Positions 34,771 to 47,256 of a DNA stretch of 64,000 nucleotides are shown in pieces. Position numbers and translations under genes: made by a program. The notes beneath the pieces are model-generated. The model saw only the letters and a list, made by a program, of their open reading frames with translations, had not been told where the DNA came from and ran no database searches. This DNA is from Paraspadella gotoi (taxonomy: Eukaryota > Animalia > Chaetognatha): assembly GCA_051294375.1 (NCBI GenBank), contig CM119263.1:30988053-31052052 (forward strand). Reading direction: 5' to 3'. The stretch's first letter is position 1. Every line of letters starts with the position of its first letter.

Positions 34771-37548
34771 CCGCCCTCCGCCAAAATCCACGCTGCCTCC
34801 GCCGACCATCGAGATCTTTCTCGCTGTGGCCAGCGTCATCATGTCGATCTCTCCGTCGCCGAGGAAGGGGGTGGCGGTGAGGCGGTGCCGCTCGTCCCCG
34901 TGGCGGTCTTCGTGCTGCAAGACGCGGTCTTCGCGGTGGAGATGCCGATCCTCGTGCAGCAGGTGGCGATCCTCGCGGTGGAGGTGCCGCTCATCGTGGA
35001 GAGGGTGACGGTCGTCGGCGGATGTAGCCGCCGTGACGGAGAGACGAGGGTGCAGGCTGGAGAGGTGGGTGGAAGGATTGTCCAGAGATCTGAGGAAGAA
35101 ATATATTCGTCGCTTATTTCGTATTCTTCGGTCAACCTCCGCCCATTTTGGCAAAATTTTGGCAAAATTTTTGCCAGCAACACCTCCTCACCTGCCGATC
35201 TCACCGCCGCCGCCGCCGCCGATCTCGTCCAAATCGACGGCAGAGTCGTGCGGCGTCTTCAACTTCCCCTCATCCGTCGCCGACGACGACGCCGGCGAAG
35301 ATGTCGCCGCGATCGACGCCCGATGGTCGCGCATCTGCGCCATCGCCCGCTCGCCGGTCTTGCGGAGAGCGGACTTGAGGGTGGTGCCTTTGGGGACCTA
35401 AAATGCGGGGTGGATGAACGAGGGAATGAATGGATGAATGAGGGAATAAATTGTTTGTATGAAGGCGATTCTCTCTCACTTTAAATCCGTGACCCTTGGA
35501 AGTCTTCTCGTTATTGACAGTGAGTTGGAGTTGCTCCGCGGCCTGAGTCACGTCGATGGAGACATCGCCGGCGACTTCGGTCACGGGCACCTCCTCCTCC
35601 TCTTCCTCCTCATCCTCTTCCTCAACTCGGGGGTCCGAGGGAAGCTGCTTCGTCCTGTTTTATTTAGAAAAGAAGAGAAGGAAGAGGAAAAGCAGAGAGT
35701 AAAGCAAGAGGAAGAAAATATGAAGTGAAAAGAGGAAAGGAGGAGGGAGAAGGAAAGGAGAAAAAGAGGAGAGAGTAAGGACAGGAGATGGAAGAGAATA
35801 TAAAAGGAAATTTTGTCAGAAAAGAGGGAAAAAAGAGGGAATGGGGAAAAGAAAAAAATGATTTTATTCAATAAAACTTGAAGTTAGATTAACACAGAGG
35901 GAAAGAATCGGGATAGATAATAATTATGATTGTCTATCCATTCGGTGCGGGTAGACTGAGCACTGGAATTACGTACGAGGCAAAATGGCTATTAAATATT
36001 ACGTATTTAACATTCCAGTCGTTCATTTTTACCACTTCTAAGCGTTCATTATTTCTTTCTCAGTGAGATTAATTCATCTTTAACCATAAGCGTAGTTCAC
36101 AACAGTGATGGTCCGAAACAATGCTTTCGTATTAGAAATGTTCTAAAAAAACTTCGATTCGACAATAAAGGTGCATGAGTGGGCGCGGTGATAGCGTGGG
36201 CCCGACAAGGAATCTCACGGGACACCGAGCCAACTAAAAATTATCTATAAAGGTTTAAATAGAATTTAAAGCTCGTTAATTTAAGGAGATTAGCCCTTCT
36301 CTCTACAATAATGCTATTAATGCTAATAATATTAATACATATTAACACAAGAATTAAAAGAGAAAAATTTGTTTTCCTCGATCCAAAAATTAACGATATC
36401 ACGATAGAAAAGTTATAAAACCACCAATTCCTACTGAAATATATTGTAACGATCTGTACTACGTTTCATGACTGCGCTAATAACCGCACGGATTACGAAA
36501 TGCAATTTGCAAAGTGAGTTTATGTTTCGGGCCACGGGAAAGGGGGGGCGAAGGGAGCGAGGGACTCACCTGGACGCATCGAAAGACCCGTCGCTGAATG
36601 ATTGCATTAAATCGACCATCGGTTAAGTTTTTAGCTGTACATACGCATTATCATCTAATTACAATAAGATACGGCTACGAAATAACGAAAGTAAATCCGC
36701 GCAAAAGTTAAGTCATTACAGGAATAGGTCAAATGATTTAAGTTAAGAACTTTTTTGTTTTTAACAACAAACATACGCATCAAAAACATTAAGTTATATT
36801 CTTCAACCTGAAGGACGCGTTGGTGATCTTGGATCGGGCGAGGCGACTTCCCGCGACGACAGGAGTCGCCGCTGGTACCGGAGAGAGAGTCTCCTCCGCT
36901 GAGAGACCCATCGGCGCTGCCTCCGATTGAGGCGCGTCAAAGCAAGAGTCCTACATTGAGAAAGAAGGAATCAGCAATGAAGGCCAAAAGAGTTCGGCGA
37001 TGATAGAAATTAAGAGTTTAAATACAAAGAATCAGTAAAGAAGGCCAGTGTTGGATAGAAACTTTGTTCACAATCAAAGGTTAATTAAATTTTGTGTCTT
37101 ATAATAAGCGAGAAGCGAAAAGGCTCTACAAATGCCAATATGTAGGAACGAAAATCTCCATCTCCCATCTCCACTACAAATGTCATTCCCACCCTCGACT
37201 TCCCCCCCCCTCACTTACCTTGGTCGCGTTCTTGATCGCGTTGACGAGGAGCATCGTTTCCGGAAAGAGTTCGAACCCGCAGCGCCGCCCCAGCGCCTCC
37301 ACCGCCGCCGCAGCCGTCGCCGCCGTCGACGGCGAATAGAGGGCGGGGTAGACGCCCAGCGTCATCTCGAGGAGGAGGCGAGGAGAGACGGCGACGCGGC
37401 GGAGGGGGGCGGAGGACGAAGGGGAGGAAGAGGAAGAGAGGGATGAGGCTGAGGTGGAAGGGTGGAGGAAGGAGACGCCTCGTCGAGTTAAAGGTGGTGG
37501 ATGGGTGGGTGGGGATCTGGTGGGGGAAGTTAAATGATAAGATTAATT

Positions 37549-37601
<53 letters not shown>

Positions 37602-39332
37602 GAGAGAGAGACCTGTGCGAGGGTTGTAAGGGAGGCGAAGTCGGAACGGACGAAGAAGCCGACGACGCTGCTCCGCCGAGTGTATCATCTCCATCGCGGC
37701 CGACGCAGCCGCCGACCAGCATCCCAGCAGAGCAGACCCCGATCGTCATCCGGCAAAAGTCCAACCTCGAAGACGTGGGCATCTCCGCCGCGACCGAGTT
37801 GTACATGTGGAGGAGATGAGAGAGGACGACCTCTCGATTGCGGGCGTTGAACCCTGAGGCGGGAGGAAAGGGACCGTAGGCCAGCACCTGAGGAGGAGGA
37901 GGAGGATGAAAAGATTTGCAAAAGATAAATCGGTGGACATGTGACAGAACAATTTAATCTTTCTTTTTAAAGCTAATATCATGACGAATCGAAATGATTT
38001 ACAAATTCATAATCGGAGGACATTAAACGGACATTTTTCCTGGAGCCAAGTCCCTGATAAAACCTTATTTTTCTTAAATGACCAATCGAAACTATTGAGA
38101 TCTGACTTTATTCACTACTTTACTTAATTCTTTACACTTAATGATTAAAGACTAAAGAGAATGCAGATTCGTCCCAATAAATTTTGGAATTACCTAACCT
38201 TGTCCCAGAAACTGACCTTAGACCCGGCTCCAGGCCGATCTAAACGATTGAGTTCGGACTCAGTCAGCGCGAGGTTCCCAATGAGGTTTGCGGGTTCGTG
38301 GAAGACTGAAGGACGAGCGAGCGACGGGACAGCGAAGGAAGTGACTTTTGGCCGACCGTCGGGTCGCACTGAACACGCATATTAAATTGGTACGACCAAT
38401 ATATTAATTAACCAATATCCATTCAATCAATAAATAAGCCATCTTGCTCCTGTCTCCATCCCTCATAAGATAATAACAGCGTTTAAACAAGATTCTCTCT
38501 CAGTCTAGTTTATTCACCGTCTTCCCTATCAAAGTGTTTCAATTGTATAAAAGGACCACTCCTTAAGTATTTAATACTACTAAATTGTATTATATTGTAT
38601 GAAATTGGTACAACCAATATAAAAATTATCCATTCATTTAATAAATAAGCCTTCCCCCTGGAAAGGCTTTGGTGGTTTAAGGCCTCCATCTCTCTTACAA
38701 GATAATCACGATATAATACGATGTGTATTTCAGAAAAACAAAAACTTGCACAAAAACTACACAAAATTGACCTAAGGCCATTGTCATCGCCTTACCTACG
38801 TCTAAGTTGTAAACGCCGAGGAGAAATGTCTCCAAAGCGGAGACGTCACGAAGGGAGGAAAAAGAAGAAGAAGCGAGAGAGAGGAGATAAGTTTCAATGA
38901 GAACGGGGAGGAATTGGAGGGAGAAGAGACGGAGGGGGAAGGAGGGATGGGAGGAAGGGTCGTCCGGGAAAGCCTGGGAATAGAGAAGGGGGGAGAATGA
39001 AAGAAAAAAAAAGTCTCTCTCTCTCTCTCTCTCTCCTTTCACACCTGTCGGTAGAACTGAAAGAGTTGATGGCAGATCGAGGACAGGAGACTGGCATCGG
39101 GCATCGCTCCATTGCCGACGCCGGCCCACGACCGGACGCAGGCGGCGATGGCGTCGGGGAGACGGGCGTCCTTGGCGACGGCGGCTGCGTAGACGGGCAG
39201 ATCGGTCGGACGTAAAATCTTAAAGTCCTTGAGCCAATCGCGGACGGAGTCTGGTACGCCGTTGGAGACAGAGTGGAGGGCGGGCGATGGGGAGAGGCGG
39301 GGCGAAGGGCGGGAGGGACCAGCGTCTTTCAT
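34762..39332 (-). CDS. FAM126: Hyccin/FAM126 family protein (PI4KA complex subunit)
   Basis: Phase-consistent exons: 39332-39045, 38973-38796, 38368-38217 (alternative donor 38199), 37887-37613, 37516-37219, 36950-36808, 35654-35480, 35397-35192, 35056-34762. Motifs: VRDWLKDFK, ICHQLFQFYR, FSLQFLPVLI..YL, LETFLLGVYNL, SFAVPSLARPSVFHEP, ELFPETMLLVNAIKN, ITNASFRTK. Confidence 0.9.
38384..38707. repeat. Dispersed repeat family, copy 2 (about 1.5 tandem units), inside a FAM126 intron
   Basis: AAATTGGTAC(G/A)ACCAATAT occurs at ~38384 and ~38602. Homologous to 23957-24295. Confidence 0.7.
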
Positions 39333-39867
39333 GGCGACGAGGGAGTTGAAAGGGAAAAAACGAGGAAGAGGAATCCAGACGTCAAACTTTTTAACGTTTT
39401 CTCATTATTGGGTTTGTTTTTTTTGTTTTGAAAGGCGTTTTATTATTTTCACTTCATTTTTTTTTGTTTCTATCATATTTTTTAAAGTAACTAAGTTGTG
39501 AAAAGGAAACGTATGAAACAAAGGGAAAGGGGAACAAATTAACTATAATGCGACCTAAAAATAAACGCATCAATCGTAAATAGTTCGCGATGATTAATGT
39601 AGATGGTTTTTATTTTCTCTCGTCGAAATTACAGCAAATCCTATGAGCAAACATGATTGCATGAGCAATTGTTTATTGTTTGGATTTTTTTTCAAATTCG
39701 GTACTAAAGTCAACAGGTTTTATATAAATTTATAGATTAAATTCAGATTCAAGAATTGACAAGAGAAAACAAGAATCAACGCAGTCTCAAGTTTTTCTTC
39801 GTCATCTCAAGACCCATCCACGAACATCGCATCTTCTTCTCATTTAAGATTCTCCTTCTTTATCTCT

Positions 39868-41681
39868 TCATTTAAGACCGAGCTTCTTCTTCTCTTTATC
39901 CTTCTTTCTGACCACATCGAGATTTCTGTCCCTCCAGTTGCTCTTCCTCAATTTCATTGGTCGATTCCCGATATATTTTCCGTTGAGTTCGCGCATCGAG
40001 CGAATAAAGTCCTGAAGAGGATGGAAAGAAGAGTATAAAAAAGACGTGACCTAATAACTCTTGGGACAATGGAATATGGACAACACGGACGCTTAAATCT
40101 GTCTATAAAACTCCATCGATATCCAAGATTTATTCAATTCCTGAAGTATTTATCATAATTCTTTATCAATCCTCCTAGACGCGACAATATGCAAATGAGA
40201 TTAAGGGACTCAAAAAGTTTCTCTGACCTGAGGATCCTTAAAGGAGACGAAGCCGAAACCTCGACTCTTGTTTGTCCTTTTGTCTCTGACGACTTTGGCC
40301 TTTTGAAATGAAGGATATTTGCCGAAGGCTTTGATCAAATGGTCGTCCGTCACTTCGTTGCCTGGAGGGGTTACAGAATTTAAAAAGGGTCAGACCTGAT
40401 CAAAAAGCCCCAACCCTCTCTCCCTTCCTCCGTCTCACCAATGTCCCCCACGAATATTCGGAAGTCGTCGTTATCCCATTCGGCAAGCGTCGGGTCTTCC
40501 CAAGTCTCTCCTCCCGCTTGACGCAAGTTTCGTCGAATCTTAAACTTTTTCTCCTTTTTTTCCTTCTTCTTCGTCGTCGTTGTCGTCGTCGTCGAGGTCG
40601 TCGTCAATCCCGAGGACCCGGGTTGGGGCGTAGACATTTTAGCCGGCGTCGTCGTCGTCTCTTTGGGAGGTGGCGTCTCCTCTTTCTGTTTGGGAATCGG
40701 CGAAAGTAATCATTACACGTTATTTATTATTAACTGTAATGTTTATTATTTATAATAAATTATTTGTAATTTAAAAGTTACTGACGTCATTCACAAAACC
40801 CTAAAATCCTTGGATTCTGGTGACTCAAATTGACCTGTCATCAAGATGACCTTAGTCACAAAGATACCGTTCACCAAACTACTGTGAAGCCTCAGTTATT
40901 GACTTTTTAAGAAGTTAATATAAAATTAATTAAATTAAATCAACGACTTAATTCTTTGTGACGAGGGTTACCAAAGGATCTCAATAGTTCCATTTCCAAA
41001 TCCGAGATGAAACTCACCTCCTCTTCCTCTTCCACCCTCTTGTTCAGCACCGGCGCGGCGGCGTAAACGATCTTCGGCGGCGCTGAAAAGACGGCGCCGG
41101 CGGCGGGTTTCGGCGGCGCCGAGAGAACGGGTCCCATCTCTCGGGGCCGCGGATGGAAGCGAGACTCGAAGGGGGCGAACGGGTGAGGAGGCCGCGAGGG
41201 GCCGGGGAAGGCTTGAGCCGTTGGTAATGTCGAAGGAAAGGGAGGCGGAGGTGGGATGGCAGCGCCGGGTCCTCCCGGACCAGCGGGTCCGCCACGTTTG
41301 ACTTGATGAGGAACGAAAAGAGGAAGGGAACGAGAGAAGGAAGGAGGAGGAGGAGGAGGAGCGACGAGGCGACTCTGAACTTGATGGAAAGTGTTGGCAG
41401 CGATCATGCGGGCGCCGGACGAATCCTGAGTGTGAGGAAAGGTAAGTTAAAGAGTAACAGAAGTTACTTTATAATTGTAAACTTCGTCTGCTTATGAATT
41501 TTATACGTGTCCTTCCTACCTGCATCGCCGTGGGAATCATCTTTACGATCCCAGTCTGTGGAGGTCCCATCTGCGGCGCCATCTGCGGTGCGATCATGCT
41601 CATCTGTCCGGCCAATTCTTTCTCGAATCTCTCCATCTCCGCCTGCATCTCCAGCATCTTCGCGTCGGATAAACGCGCCAT
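39868..41681 (-). CDS. RBM42: RNA-binding protein 42 (Pro-rich N-terminus, C-terminal RRM)
   Basis: Exons 41681-41520, 41425-41018, 40685-40439, 40361-40228, 40011-39868. Motifs: EMQAEMERFEKE, IAANTFHQVQ, RQAGGETWEDPTLAEWDNDDFRIFVGDIGNEVTDD, KSRGFGFVSFKDPQDFIRSMRELNGKYIGNRPMKLRKSNW. Confidence 0.95.
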
Positions 41682-41876
41682 TTTTAAATAATGTTTGCTT
41701 TAGGCTAAAGATAAAAATAATAAATATGAACGTTAATTTAGGAATTTCAATAACGAATTTAATAACGTTTTGGCTAATGATTGGGGAAATTATGCTAACA
41801 ACTAAAACTCTGAAATGAATTTGTCTTTTCAAAAAAGGCGAATGCGAGAGAGTGAAAACAAAATAGGGAGAGGGAG

Positions 41877-43616
41877 TCAATCGATGGCGGCGATCGCCCA
41901 ACCGTTCTTTTCTTCTTCCATCTTCTTCTCATCTTCTTCCATCGCCTTCTCCGCCAACGCCTTCCCAAGGACCACGCCTACAAATACTCCGAGACCCAAT
42001 TTTGTGTTCGAGACGAATTTGCGCCAACAATCGCTAGGATCATTCAAGTCGAGGGTCGCCACTTGACGGGCCAAATGGACTCCGCAGCCGGCGACGCCGA
42101 CGTAAAATGGCCAAGCAACGCCGGCCTCGACGCCGGCCAGAGTCAACAACGAAGTCATGACCACCGAGAATGCCGCCAGCGCCGGTTTTGTCCAGGCGTC
42201 GCCGAGAAAGAGCGCCGAGGACTTTACGCCGATCAATACGTCGTCGGTTTTATCCTAGAAAAAAGGTCGAAAGTAAATTATAATTTTGGCCGATATTTCG
42301 TTATTTATAACATTGATTTTAAATTTTCAACACATAAAAATTTACAATTTTAATGAAAAAAAAGGTTTTCTCTCATTCTTTTTCCACATATTATTAAATT
42401 TTCTTTTACATTTTGAATACAAATTATAATTATTTCTTTTCTCACTTGATGAGCGTAGATAGTATCGTAGATGAGCGTCCAAAAGACGCCGGCAGCATAA
42501 AGAGGAAGCGTGACGTTCCAGTCGCAGCCTCCTCTAACGGCGGCGTAACCCAGAAACGCCCCCCAGTTGAACGACATTCCCAGGAAGAGCTGCGGCCAGT
42601 TGGTGACCCTTTTGGCGAGCGGGTAAGTCACGACGATAAGGAGAGAGGAAGCGCCGAGGATAATGGAATAAAGGTTCAGCTGCAGCAGGACCGCCAGAGC
42701 AGCGGAGAGCTGAAGCGCAAGGAACACGATCGCCTGATGGTGGAAAGGAAATGTTACTACAGCAAACAACAACAACATCAGACTAAATGATTTGCAAAAT
42801 CTTTTCTTAACCCGAGGTCACTTCTTGACCTTTTTCCCTGACCTGTGAATAACATCACAGAAGAATAATTCTGAGGCAATCAACAAGCGAAGATCAAGAT
42901 TAATCGATTAACCAGACCCTCGGCGTTAAACTAACCTGCCGAACGGAGATTTCTCCGCTGGCGAGGGGACGCGTCTTCGTCCTCTCCACTTTATCGTCGA
43001 TGTCCCGATCCCAGAGGTCGTTGATGGTGCAGCCGGCGCCACGCATCAACACCGCCCCGACGCCGAACAGCGCCAACAGCGTAAAGTCGGGCATCGACCC
43101 GGCGGGGGCGGCCAGGCCGATGGCCCATGTGCAGGGAAGATAGAGCAGCCAGGAACCGATGGGTTTGTCGAGTCGAGCCAGGCGAAGGTAAGGTCGAACA
43201 GATGATGGAGCTGATTCGACCAACGCCGCCGGACGGAGATCGGACAAGACGGAAAGGCGCCGGAGAAAGTCGCGAGGGGGCGGAGTCATCAGAGGCGGAC
43301 CGCGACAAGTGTTACGCGTGACGGAAGGCGTAATCGGCGCCGAAGTGATGGGAATGAGGCGTCCTCTGTCGTCAATTTTAGACAATGACGAAAAAGTCCG
43401 ACGTAAAGTCCGTGGGTTTGGCGTCGTTGACTTGTCACTTCCTGCGCGTGTTGTCGTCATTGTCAAGGGAGAAATGCAGAAATAGAAGCGGGACGCTGTG
43501 TAGGGCGGCGCCAATTTACTCCTAGAAGATACGCTACTCGAAAAATTAGGCGCCTGACTGAACCGTGACGCGTAACTCAGGAATACGGAAAAGAGTTTTC
43601 TAGCGTGGCGCGTCAT
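41877..43616 (-). CDS. COQ2: 4-hydroxybenzoate polyprenyltransferase, mitochondrial (UbiA family)
   Basis: Exons 43616-42936, 42733-42446, 42254-41877. Motifs: [75 protein letters not shown]. The N-terminus is Arg/Ser-rich and presequence-like. Confidence 0.96.
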
Positions 43617-45167
43617 TTTGAGCTGTCTCCGTATAGTGCCTATTAGTCGACTGATTTCAAGTTTTGTTTATATCTGGTCGAGCCCCGAAGAGAATTGAAT
43701 TTCGCAAGAAGCAATCATATTTTATTTAGTGGTTGCTCATGATATGTGTAAATGCCATTTATTGTTTTCACGACATTTCGTCCACGTTTTAATGTTGAAA
43801 TCGAAAAGCCAAGATGTCAACGACCTTCTGCTTTCAAGATCCGACCTCTTAATTTTATTGTTTATTTTGGTTAATTACCAGTTTTCATTAAACCGTCTGT
43901 CGTCGTCATTATCGTAATCCACCCCGACGGCGTCACATCGTCACGGCGACGCTCACATTATATTTTTGTTTATTTATTTATTAATCCCCTCTTGGATTTT
44001 TCTCTTTTCCTTCGTCTGCTGCTTCTTCTTCTTTTTCTGAATTCAAATGTTTTTCTCGATTCGTGTTTGTCTTTTGTTTCCGCCTCTTTTCTGTCTTCTT
44101 CTCTTGTGGAAGCGACATCTGACGAAATTGTACTTTCTTTAAAAGTAATATTTAAAAATATTTAATTTTTATTTTCATCGCGGTATTAAATATATATTTT
44201 AGATTAAGGTTGAATAACAATAATTATTGTAAAATTGTTTTTCAATTTAAAATAAAAAATTCTGAGGCGTTACATTAAGAATAATTTTCACAACCTGACA
44301 CGTTGCTCTTTTGTTAAATTATTGTGATTTTTAATAAAACTACCGGTCCCAAATCCCAATGCCAAAGAAGAAAAATAAATCTAATTAATATTTTTTTTAA
44401 ATAATGGATTATAAAATAGTTAATAAAAGAGGAAATAAAGAGAATGAAAAAGATGAGCGACGAGATCGAAAAGAGAGAAGTGGAGGAGGAGGAGGAGAAG
44501 ACATTGGTGGGGTCCCCTGGTCTCCATTGACACATTTCCATTCGCCGCCAACTCACGTTTTTTCTTGCTATTTCTTTTTTAAGCTTCGTCCCGCGTAACT
44601 AATGCATTTTAACAGTTTTACTCTCGGGGAGAAGTGGAAAGTCTTGTCACCGTGACCTCGAATTCGAGTCCTCCGTTTACTTCGAGGAGACGCCCGGGAG
44701 TTTCGCTCGCTGAAAAACGGTTCTTTGAAAGTTATTTCTTGATAAAATTTTGCTTTGACCGACTAGAAATTTCGCTTCTTATGAGTAAAAATGTATTATA
44801 AATAACGGCAAAGGCTGTTGTTACCCTAAAATGACTAAATCCCCCTAACCTTAGTAATGTAATGTTAGGACCCGCCGGTCCGTCCTTCTAAAACGTCCCC
44901 GAGAATATTCGAGATAACTCTTCTATCCCGCCGAGATGCTTCGGTCGTCCAGAGATGCTTCAAAGGCGGCTTAAGCCTGTTTATCTCTATTTTCTCTGCT
45001 GCTTGCAGAATACCGGTTGCCATCAGTGATTAAAAACCATCGTGTTGCATGCCCGGAAGGGTGCTGAAAAATTTTTCGTCAGTTACCTAGAATTGTAACA
45101 TAGGGTTATATAGATGTAAGCTGCCCAGTGCCCATACAAATGGTTTACTTCCTGATAAAAACTTGCA

Positions 45168-47256
45168 ATGCAATCGACGTCCATTCAAGCCGTTCGCTTA
45201 TCTGCGCGTTTTCTCACGCTCCACGTCCCCGTCTCTCCGTTGTGGCTAAAGACTGTCCCGGTCCCGGCCACCAGATTCCACAGAAAACTTTGGCACCGAA
45301 ATCATAGATTTTATTCTGTTGGCGCCGCGCGATTTCAGGCCGTCGTCGCCGACACTTTCGTGGAGACGACGCCGCCGCCCGGGCGAGGCGGCTCCGTCGT
45401 GGATACGCTGGACGATGCCGTCGCACAAGCCCTCCAGTTGTTTGAGAAGCCGGACAACGTGGAACAGTCGGGCGCCTTTCCGCAGGAATGGCTTAGGTCG
45501 AGCACGGCGTCAAAACTCAACTCGGAGGAGGCACTCGGTCTGAATCCTAAGTCAATTTAATCTACTACAAATATATACAGTAGTTATATGTAGTTGTATA
45601 TACATATATTTACTACCTTGGGTTAGTTGATTAATTCTCAAGTCGGGTCCTTGTTTTCAGGTTCGACGAATCTCCCTTCTCCCGACGCCCCAGCCGAAGC
45701 CCTCTATAATGTCTCTGACCAATCCGTGCCCTCCGGAGCCGCGGAAGCCCTCTCCTCGGCCCAAGTGGATCCCTTCGTCATACCTCTGCCGCCGCTGCCC
45801 CCGATCGCAACGCCAGGCCAGGCCGAACTCTCTTTTACCGAGATGGGTCTTAACAGTTGGTGGCCGCACGGGTGGATTCAGAACGTCTTCGAGTATTGCC
45901 ACGATTATAAAGGCTTCACGTGGATGGCGAGTTTGAGGTGTGCGGTTTAAGTTAAATTACAGTTTTAAAACTAGTGAAGAGACAGTAATTATTGATGTGT
46001 TAGTGACAGAAATGTTTAATAAGCAGTCCCTGAGCTTCGGATGAGGCTGTAACACCATGTTACAGGCGGGTTAATCGCCCCGTCCCTCTTAACTGCTAGG
46101 CGACCACCGGGCTAGAACCCCGGACCTTTGGGTTGGAAGGCGAATGACTTGCCTCCGGCGCCAATGGCCGCTGATGAACGGTTGGTAGATTTTAGTCCAC
46201 CATACAAGCAAGATTTTTAATTATTTATTTTGGTTAAACTTGTATTTACAACGTATTTAGTTCTTTTTGTTTTTTTAAAATGGAAATGTTTTCAATCTAT
46301 TAAATTTGACAGCCTCGTTGCCTTGGTGATTCGACTCGTGACTTTTCCCTTATTCATTCGGACGGAGGCAATCCAAGCTCAGGACGGTGAAAACCAAGTC
46401 AAGTATTTGCAGTTGATGAAGAAACGTCAAGAAGCCAAAAATTCTGGGGACTGGATCAAGGATCTCCGAGCCCAAAACGAGCTCGCCATCTTCATGAGGG
46501 CCACCCGCTACAAACCCCATCGTTACATGATGGCGCCTCTCATCCAAGCTCCCATCTTCATCTCGGTGGTGTTTGCGATTCGCGGCATGACCACCGCCCC
46601 CGTCGAGAGCATGAAGACGGGAGGCTTCTTCTGGTTTACCGATCTCACCCTCGCCGATCCTTACTTCCTTTTGCCTCTCTTCAACGTCGGCTCTCTCTGG
46701 GCGCAGATGGAACTGGGCATCGAGATGCAATCCGCCAAAACGATGACCAAGCAGCAAAAGTGGTTGATTCGCGCTCTGCCTGTCGTCCTCTTTCCAATTC
46801 TCTGTTTTCAAAGCAGCGCCCTCGCCTACTATTGGTCCTTGAGCATCTGGCTCGCGTTTTTCAGCAAGATTGCGTTGCGCAACAAGGCGGTGCGCAGGAT
46901 GCTGGAGATTCCGGAGGCCAAGCCAATTCGTTTCGGCAGCATTTACAGGCGAGCGACTCTGGGGTACAACATGGAAAAATGATTTTACTGTTTACGTAAT
47001 TATATTGATTTTATAATATGCGCGCATGATTTTAAATTATTAGTCTTCTTCTCTTCTGAACAGCCAAGGCAAGAAGAAAGATCCTTTGACCTGGAAGGGA
47101 TTGAAAAAGCGGACGACGGACTTCAGAAAGTCGTTTCGTCGGGGGTCCACTCCCACCAGCATCGAGAAACGGGACGAGTCCTTGTGGCGAGAAGCCGGCC
47201 TCAACGCTCCCGTCAAGACTTACAAGTTTGACCCGACGAAAAATCCCGTCCGTTGA
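45168..47256 (+). CDS. OXA1L: Mitochondrial inner-membrane insertase, Oxa1/YidC family
   Basis: Exons 45168-45537, 45661-45937, 46313-46963 (or a GC donor after 46948), 47064-47256. Motifs: FTEMGLNSWWPHGWIQNVFEY, PLIQAPIFIS..FAIRGM..APVESMKTGGFFWFTDLTLADPYFLLP, and C-terminal AGLNAPVKTYKFDPTK, which fits Oxa1 better than Cox18. Confidence 0.9.
46022..46171 (-). mobile_element. tRNA-Gly(TCC)-derived SINE-like element or tRNA pseudogene in OXA1L intron 2
   Basis: Minus strand 46171-46100: acceptor stem GCGGCCA/TGGTCGC, loop CTTCCAA, T-arm CCGGGGTTCTAGCCCGG. The anticodon and D stems are mismatched. About 75 nt of tail follows, with the hairpin CTGTAACATGGTGTTACAG. Confidence 0.6.

Noticed and set aside
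34885-35484. 199-aa plus-strand ORF, and similar antisense ORFs over COQ2, RBM42 and DOPEY exons
   Set aside because: These are antisense shadows of GC-rich coding exons.
46099-46171. Functional tRNA-Gly(TCC) gene
   Set aside because: The anticodon stem (TTCGC/CCCAA) and D stem do not pair, the T-loop is altered and there is no oligo-T terminator. Called SINE-like or pseudogene instead.
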